Assembly (NCBI GenBank): GCA_963727485.1
Contig: CAVSGM010000001.1
Location: 672,001 to 736,000, forward strand
DNA length: 64,000 bases
Source: an uncultured delta proteobacterium
Lineage (GTDB): Bacteria; Myxococcota; Myxococcia; SLRQ01
Reading direction: 5' to 3'
The notes below the pieces were generated by a model. The model was not told the DNA's origin. It saw only the letters and a program-made list of their open reading frames with translations, and ran no database searches. The first letter of the stretch is position 1. The number at the start of each line of letters is the position of its first letter. The position numbers and the translations under genes were made by a program. Of the stretch, positions 58,290-64,000 are shown in pieces.

Positions 58290-59432
58290 CTACGCCGCGT
58301 CGAGGGCCTGGGCCAGGTCGGCCTGCAGATCCTCGAGGGCCTCGATGCCCACCGAGAGGCGCACCAGCCCGTCGCTGATCCCGAGCCGCGCCCGCTGCTC
58401 CGCGGGCACCGAGGCGTGGGTCATGATCGCCGGGTGCTCGATGAGGCTCTCGACCCCGCCGAGGCTCTCGGCCAGGGCGAAGACCTTGCAGGCCGAGAGG
58501 AAGCGCCGGCTCGACTCGAGGCCACCGGCGAGCCGGGCGGTGATCATGCCGCCGAAGCCGCGCATCTGCCGCTTCGCCACCTCGTGCTGGGGGTGGCTCT
58601 CGAGCCCCGGGTAGATGACCGCCTCGACCTTGGGGTGCGCGGCGAGCCAGCCGGCGAGGTGCCCGGCGTTCTCCAGGTGGCGCTGCATCCGCACGTGGAG
58701 GGTCTTGAGGCCGCGGAGCACCAGGAAGCTGTCCATGGGGCTGGGGACCGCGCCCACCGAGTTCTGGATGAAGGCCAGCCGGTCGCGCAGCTCGGCGCTG
58801 CTCGTGACCAGCGCCCCGCCGACCACGTCCGAGTGGCCGTTGAGGTACTTGGTGGTGGAGTGGACCACGATGTCCGCCCCGTGCTCCAGGGGCCGCTGGA
58901 TGTAGGGGGTCATGAAGGTGTTGTCCACGACCATCAGGGCCCCGTGGGCCTTCGCCGCCTTCGCCACCGCCTCGAGGTCGACGATCTTGAGCAGGGGGTT
59001 GGTCGGCGTCTCCACCCACACCAGCTTCGTCTTGTCGGTGAACGCCGCCTCCAGGGCCGCGGGGTCGGTGAGGTCGGCGAAGGTGAAGTCGATGCCGTGG
59101 CGGCGCCAGACCTTGTCGAAGAGGCGGAAGGTGCCCCCGTAGACGTCGTCCATGCACACCACGTGGTCGCCGGCGTCGAGCAGGTGCATCACCGCGTCGG
59201 TGGTGGCGCAGCCGCTGGAGAACGCCAGCCCGTGGGCCCCGCCCTCCAGCGCCGCGATGCACCCCTCGAGGGCGAAGCGGGTGGGGTTCTGGGTCCGCGA
59301 GTACTCGAAGCCCTGGTGCTCCCCGGGGGACGCCTGCACGTAGGTGCTGGTGAGGTAGACCGGGGTCATGATGGCGCCGGTGGTCGGGTCGGGGGACTGG
59401 CCGGCGTGGATGGCCTTGGTGTCGAACTTCAT
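58290..59432 (-). CDS. Cystathionine gamma-lyase/synthase
   Basis: YSRTQNPTR, ETPTNP, DNTF, HSTTKYLNGHSD, AESLGGVESL. Confidence 0.93.
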   Translation of the reverse strand: MKFDTKAIHAGQSPDPTTGAIMTPVYLTSTYVQASPGEHQGFEYSRTQNPTRFALEGCIAALEGGAHGLAFSSGCATTDAVMHLLDAGDHVVCMDDVYGGTFRLFDKVWRRHGIDFTFADLTDPAALEAAFTDKTKLVWVETPTNPLLKIVDLEAVAKAAKAHGALMVVDNTFMTPYIQRPLEHGADIVVHSTTKYLNGHSDVVGGALVTSSAELRDRLAFIQNSVGAVPSPMDSFLVLRGLKTLHVRMQRHLENAGHLAGWLAAHPKVEAVIYPGLESHPQHEVAKRQMRGFGGMITARLAGGLESSRRFLSACKVFALAESLGGVESLIEHPAIMTHASVPAEQRARLGISDGLVRLSVGIEALEDLQADLAQALDAA

Positions 59433-59475
59433 GGGGGCTCCGTGGCGGCGCGGGGCGCGCCGGCGAGAGGCGACG

Positions 59476-60846
59476 CTAGGCGAGGCGGGTGCCGAGGAAC
59501 TCGATGAGGTCGATCTTGGTGATGATCCCGGTGACCTTCTCACCGTCCTTGACCACCGCCACGTTGTCCTCGGCGAAGAGCTTCTTGAGCTCGAGGACCG
59601 GGGTGCCGGGGGAGACCACGCCCTGGAGGGGCGCGATGACCGGGTCGATGGTCTCGGAGAGGTGGTGCTTGCCGTCGATGAGGAAGTTGAGGAGGTCGAG
59701 CTCGTCGATCATGCCCACCGCCCCGCCCCCGGCGTCGACCACCGGCATCTGGGAGATGCCCTGGGCGCGCATCCGGGCCACCACCGCCTCGGCGGTCTCC
59801 CCGCGGCGAGCGAGGACGACCTCCCCCTGCTTGGCGGCGAGGAGCTCGGCGACGGTGCCCATGCCGCCGGTCTCGGGCTCCAGGAAGCCCATGTCCCGCA
59901 TCCACTCGTCGGAGTAGAACTTGGAGATGTAGGCGCGGCCGCCGTCGGGGAGGACGGCGACGACCACCTTGCCCTTGCCCGCCTCCTTGGCCACCTGCAG
60001 GGCGACCCAGGCAGACGAGCCCGAGGAGCCGCCGGCGAACAGGCCCTCCTCGCGGCACAGCCGCCGGGCGGTGAGGAAGCTGTTCTTGTCGTCGACCTGC
60101 CGGACGTCGTCGAGGACCTTCAGGTCCATGGCGCCGCAGATCATGTCCTCACCGATGCCCTCGACCTTGTAGACGTGGGGCGTCGGCGCCTTCCCGGTCT
60201 TGAACAGGCCGTGGTAGACGCTGCCGATGGGGTCGACGCCGACGTTCTTGATGGCCGGATTCTGCTCCTTGAGGTACTTGCCGGCGCCGCTCATGGTGCC
60301 GCCGGTCCCGAGCCCCGCCACGAAGTAGTCGATGCGCCCCCCGGTCTGCTCCCAAATCTCCGGCCCGGTGCTGCGGTAGTGGGCCTCGATGTTGTCGGGG
60401 TTGTGGTACTGGTTCGGGTAGAACGCCCCCATCTCCGAGGCCAGGCGCTTGGCCGTCTCGTAGTAGCTCTCGGGGCTCGCCGCCGGCACGTTGGTGGGGC
60501 AGACGTAGACCTCGGCGCCGAAGGCCTTGAGGGTGTTGATCTTCTCGGTGCTCATCTTGTCGGGGATGGTGAAGATGCACCGGTAGCCCTTGAGGGCGGC
60601 GGCCATGGCCAGCCCCACGCCGGTGTTCCCCGAGGTGTTCTCGACGATGGTGCCCCCGGGCTTGAGGCGCCCGTCCTTCTCGGCCTTCTCGATCATGTAG
60701 AAGGCCATGCGGTCCTTGATGGAGCCGCCGGGGTTCATGTACTCGGGCTTGACCAGCACCGTGGCGTCGTTGGGGCCCGTCAGCTTGGTCAGCTTGATGA
60801 GCGGGGTGTGGCCGATCGCCTGGAGGACGTTGTCGTAGGTCTCCAC
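59476..60846 (-). CDS. cbs: Cystathionine beta-synthase with CBS domains
   Basis: NPGGSIKDR, TSGNTG, GTGGT, YKVEGIGED; C-terminal CBS pair. Confidence 0.92.
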   Translation of the reverse strand: METYDNVLQAIGHTPLIKLTKLTGPNDATVLVKPEYMNPGGSIKDRMAFYMIEKAEKDGRLKPGGTIVENTSGNTGVGLAMAAALKGYRCIFTIPDKMSTEKINTLKAFGAEVYVCPTNVPAASPESYYETAKRLASEMGAFYPNQYHNPDNIEAHYRSTGPEIWEQTGGRIDYFVAGLGTGGTMSGAGKYLKEQNPAIKNVGVDPIGSVYHGLFKTGKAPTPHVYKVEGIGEDMICGAMDLKVLDDVRQVDDKNSFLTARRLCREEGLFAGGSSGSSAWVALQVAKEAGKGKVVVAVLPDGGRAYISKFYSDEWMRDMGFLEPETGGMGTVAELLAAKQGEVVLARRGETAEAVVARMRAQGISQMPVVDAGGGAVGMIDELDLLNFLIDGKHHLSETIDPVIAPLQGVVSPGTPVLELKKLFAEDNVAVVKDGEKVTGIITKIDLIEFLGTRLA

Positions 60847-60963
60847 GTCGCTACCTCGGGGGCTTTGGGGAGGGCAGGGCGGTCGCCCCGGACGGGTGCC
60901 ACCCGGCGCGGGTTCTAGCCCGCGCCAACCGGGGGGGTCAAGGCGACGCCACGACGCGCGGCG

Positions 60964-61620
60964 TCAGGCCTCGTCGGGGACGAGCCCCTGGCGGATCGCC
61001 ACCGCCACCGCCTCGGCCTTCGAGGCGACCTCCAGCTTCCGGTACACGTTCTTCACGTGGGTGTGGACCGTGCCCGGGCGGATCCCCAGGGCGGTGGCGA
61101 TGGAGGCATACGAGTGCCCCCCCACCAGGTAGGAGAGCACCTCGCTCTCGCGCTGGGTGAGGTTGACGTCCGGGGCGCCGGGGACGGCCCGGGTGGCGGC
61201 GCGGGCCCGGACCCGGTCGAGGAGGTGGCGGGCCACCGCCGGCGAGATGGGCGCCAGGCCGTCCTGGACCTGGCGGATCCCCTCGAGGACCTCGGGGAGC
61301 GGGGTGCCCTTGAGGAGGTAGCCCGCGGCCCCGGCCTCGATGGCCTCGACGATGACGTCGGGGCTCTCGAAGACCGTGAAGACCAGGATCGGCAGGTCCG
61401 GGAGCCGCCGGCGCAGGCTCCGGATGGTCTCCACCCCGGAGATCCCCGGGAGGCCCAGGTCGACGAGGGCCACCTCCGGCGCCAGCTCGCCGGCGCGCTC
61501 CGCGGCCTCCTCGCCCCGTCCGAAGGCGCCGACGATCTCGAAGCCCGAGGCGGTCAGCGCCGCGGTGAGGGCCTCTCGGATGCCCGGCTCGTCTTCCACG
61601 AGGAGAACCCGGTGGCTCAT
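60964..61620 (-). CDS. NarL/LuxR family response regulator
   Basis: LVDLGLPG, GYLLK, LTQRESEVL, TVHTHVKNVYRKL. Confidence 0.93.
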   Translation of the reverse strand: MSHRVLLVEDEPGIREALTAALTASGFEIVGAFGRGEEAAERAGELAPEVALVDLGLPGISGVETIRSLRRRLPDLPILVFTVFESPDVIVEAIEAGAAGYLLKGTPLPEVLEGIRQVQDGLAPISPAVARHLLDRVRARAATRAVPGAPDVNLTQRESEVLSYLVGGHSYASIATALGIRPGTVHTHVKNVYRKLEVASKAEAVAVAIRQGLVPDEA

Positions 61621-62807
61621 GCGCCTGCTCCCTGCGCCATCGCCGGCGCCTTGAGGTGGACCCGCGTCCCGTGCCCGGGGGTGGACTCCAGGGTGAGCCA
61701 GCCGGCCAGGGACCGGGCCCGCTCCCGCATGGAGGCGAGGCCCCGGCCCGGCGCGGCGGCGTCGGGGTCGAAGCCCAGGCCGTCGTCGCTGACCGTCACC
61801 GACACCGTGGCCCCGAGGTCGAGGCGGACCTCGAGGTGCCGGGGCTGGCCGTGGCGGATGGCGTTGGCGGTGGCCTCTTCGATGATCTTCACGATCTGGT
61901 AGGCCCGGCGCATGGGCATCGGGGCCTGGTCGCCCTGGAAGCCCAGGTCGAGGTGCACCCCGGCCGCGTCACACAGGCCTTGGACCCGGGCGCGGACCAG
62001 CCCCTGGATCTCCTCGGGGGCGAGGTCGGCGCCGTCGAGGGTGTCGACCACGCCCCGCAGCTCCTGGATCGCCTCCCGGAGGCGCGACTGGGCCTTGGCC
62101 AGGGCGGCCTTGCCCTCGTCGCCGGTGGCCGACTGGGAGAGGTCCTGCCAGATGGAGACCTCGGTGAGGGCGGCGCCCACGGTGTCGTGGAGGTTCCGGG
62201 CGACCCGCTGGCGCTCGGTGGCCTCGGCGGCGGCCTGGGACAGGGCCTGGGCCTGGGCGCGCACCCGCCGGTACCCCTCGAGGTTGGTGGCGAGGTTGAC
62301 GTAGACGACGGCGGCCAGGAGCCCCAGGGCGAGGACCGCGCCGACGCTCTGGTCGAAGGGGACGGTCCCGGTGAGGGCCCACCCGAGCCCGACGCACGCC
62401 GGAGCGACGCCCACGAGGATCGCGTGGAGCCACGAGGGGGTCGCCTCCTGGGCGGTGAGGAGCACCTGGAGGACGAAGACCGCCCAGAGGGGCGAGTCCA
62501 CGTGGCCGGTGCAGGCCGGGAGGCCCACCGAGACCGTGAGGTTCACCAGGAACAGCCCGGTGGTCGTCGCTGCCGGCCACCGGTCGTAGAGGGGGGTGTG
62601 GACATAGGTCGCGTAGGCGACGAGGTGGGCCCCGATGAGGAGGCCGGCAGCGAGGGGATCGAGGCCCAGCCACTGGCGGATCGGGGGGATGACCGCCATG
62701 AGGTAGGCGGCCGCGACGATCGGGACGGAGAAGCCCCAGAACCGCGCCGGGGTGCGGTCCACGCGCGCCCAGTCCGGGTGGATGATGGGAAACCAGCGCC
62801 AGTCCAT
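61617..62807 (-). CDS. Membrane sensor histidine kinase (HisKA_3)
   Basis: TM N-terminus; ERQRVARNLHDTVG; EATANAIRHG; DDGLGF; GRGLASM. Confidence 0.9.
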   Translation of the reverse strand: MDWRWFPIIHPDWARVDRTPARFWGFSVPIVAAAYLMAVIPPIRQWLGLDPLAAGLLIGAHLVAYATYVHTPLYDRWPAATTTGLFLVNLTVSVGLPACTGHVDSPLWAVFVLQVLLTAQEATPSWLHAILVGVAPACVGLGWALTGTVPFDQSVGAVLALGLLAAVVYVNLATNLEGYRRVRAQAQALSQAAAEATERQRVARNLHDTVGAALTEVSIWQDLSQSATGDEGKAALAKAQSRLREAIQELRGVVDTLDGADLAPEEIQGLVRARVQGLCDAAGVHLDLGFQGDQAPMPMRRAYQIVKIIEEATANAIRHGQPRHLEVRLDLGATVSVTVSDDGLGFDPDAAAPGRGLASMRERARSLAGWLTLESTPGHGTRVHLKAPAMAQGAGA

Positions 62808-62879
62808 CGCGGCGAAGCCTACCATGTGCCGGTGCAACCCGTGCGACCCGGGCCTGCCCATGTGGTATTCACCGCCTCC

Positions 62880-63938
62880 ATGACGATCGAGCCCATGGAG
62901 GACCGCGCCCGCCAGGCGGCGGCGCCGGTCCTGGGAGCCCCCGCCGGGGACCTGGGGGTGGAGCTGCTCGCCGGCCACGCCTCGGCCCGCCGCTACCTCC
63001 GGGTCCACGCGCGCAGCCGCTCGGTGGTGGTGATGGTCCTCCCGGATGACGCCCTCGCCAGCGAGGAGGCCACCGCCGGCGAGGCCCCCGAGGAGCTGCC
63101 CTTCCTCTCGGTGCAGCGCTACCTCGCCGGGCTCGGGGTCCGGGTCCCGGAGATCTACGCGGTGGACCTCGCGGCGGGGACTGTGACCCTCGAGGACCTC
63201 GGCGACCGCACCCTGGAGGCGGCCCTCGTCGCCGCCCCCGACGCCGCCGCCGCGAGGGCCGAGCTCTACGGCCGGGCGGTGGACGACCTGGCCTTCCTCC
63301 GCCAGGAGGCCTCGCGCCACCCGGACCCGGCGGCCCTGCCCTTCACCCGGCGCTTCGACTACGAGCTGCTGCGCTGGGAGCTCGACCATTTCCGGGAGTG
63401 GGGCCTGGAGGCGTGGAAGGGCGCGAAGCTCGAGGCCGCCGAGCGCGAGGTGGTCGAGGGCGCCTTCGACGAGATCGCCCGCCGCCTCGCCGAGCTCCCC
63501 GCGGGCCTGACCCACCGGGACTACCAGAGCCGCAACCTCATGGTGGTGGGCCCCGAGCTGGTGGTCATCGACTTCCAGGACGCCCTCCTGGGGCCCATGG
63601 TCTACGACCTGGTGGCGCTGCTGCGCGACTCCTACGTGACCCTCGCCTGGGACGAGGTCGAGACCCTCAAGGGTCGCTACCTCGACGCCTGGCGGAGCCT
63701 CGGGGGGACGCCCCCGGAGCGCGAGGACCTCGACCCCGCCTTCGACCTCCAGACGGTGCAGCGCAAGCTCAAGGACGCCGGGCGCTTCGTGTTCATCGAC
63801 CGGGTGAAGGGGAATGCCGACTTCCTGCCCCACATCCCGGCGTCGCTGGCCTACGTCCGCGAGGCGCTGGGCCGCCTGCCCGAGTACGGCCGCCTCCAGG
63901 AGGTCCTGGCGGCCTACGTCCCCGAGCTCGCCCCGTGA
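62880..63938 (+). CDS. amgK: AmgK-like aminoglycoside phosphotransferase family sugar kinase
   Basis: GHASARRYLR, LEDLG, HRDYQSRNLM, IDFQDA, YDLVALLRD; followed by a MurU-like gene. Confidence 0.85.
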   Translation: MTIEPMEDRARQAAAPVLGAPAGDLGVELLAGHASARRYLRVHARSRSVVVMVLPDDALASEEATAGEAPEELPFLSVQRYLAGLGVRVPEIYAVDLAAGTVTLEDLGDRTLEAALVAAPDAAAARAELYGRAVDDLAFLRQEASRHPDPAALPFTRRFDYELLRWELDHFREWGLEAWKGAKLEAAEREVVEGAFDEIARRLAELPAGLTHRDYQSRNLMVVGPELVVIDFQDALLGPMVYDLVALLRDSYVTLAWDEVETLKGRYLDAWRSLGGTPPEREDLDPAFDLQTVQRKLKDAGRFVFIDRVKGNADFLPHIPASLAYVREALGRLPEYGRLQEVLAAYVPELAP

Positions 63939-63940
63939 CC

Positions 63941-64000
63941 ATGCCCCGAAAGGCCATGGTCCTCGCCGCGGGCCTCGGGACCCGCCTGCGCCCCCTCACC
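63941..64000 (+). CDS. murU: Nucleotidyltransferase (MurU-like), truncated by the window end
   Basis: MPRKAMVLAAGLGTRLRPLT. Confidence 0.7.
   Translation, partial: MPRKAMVLAAGLGTRLRPLT

Noticed and set aside
62880..63938. Aminoglycoside resistance kinase
   Set aside because: The sequence and the adjacent MurU-like gene indicate AmgK.

Overview
A very GC-rich bacterial chromosome segment of about 57 genes, most likely Myxococcota. The evidence is a MYXO-CTERM sorting signal, DUF4388, FHA/TPR and Cys-rich surface proteins, a Hanks kinase and a DigR-like regulator. Most of it is housekeeping or envelope function: peptidoglycan recycling (mpl, amgK, murU), PFOR with a ferredoxin-NADP reductase, biotin carboxylase/BCCP, CBS/CGL transsulfuration, truD, epmA, mutM, two-component systems, and a DsbA-DsbA-cytochrome operon. 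I saw no rRNA, tRNA, CRISPR array or transposase. Six genes, possibly seven, are broken by single-base indels that look like sequencing errors. The most notable items are: (1) a stand-alone cassette of sigma54 promoter, FliA/WhiG sigma28, sigma28 promoter and an unannotated 66-aa FlgM-like gene, with no flagellar genes nearby; (2) a non-coding array of about 2.9 x 203-bp highly structured repeats; (3) divergent sigma54 promoters with shared palindromic sites between PFOR and FNR; (4) many -10 boxes placed for leaderless transcripts; (5) a sphingomyelin/IPC-synthase-like gene; (6) a DUF4388 paralog pair, with and without MshEN motifs, flanking a four-zinc-ribbon kinase. All protein calls come from motif recognition by eye, not from database searches.
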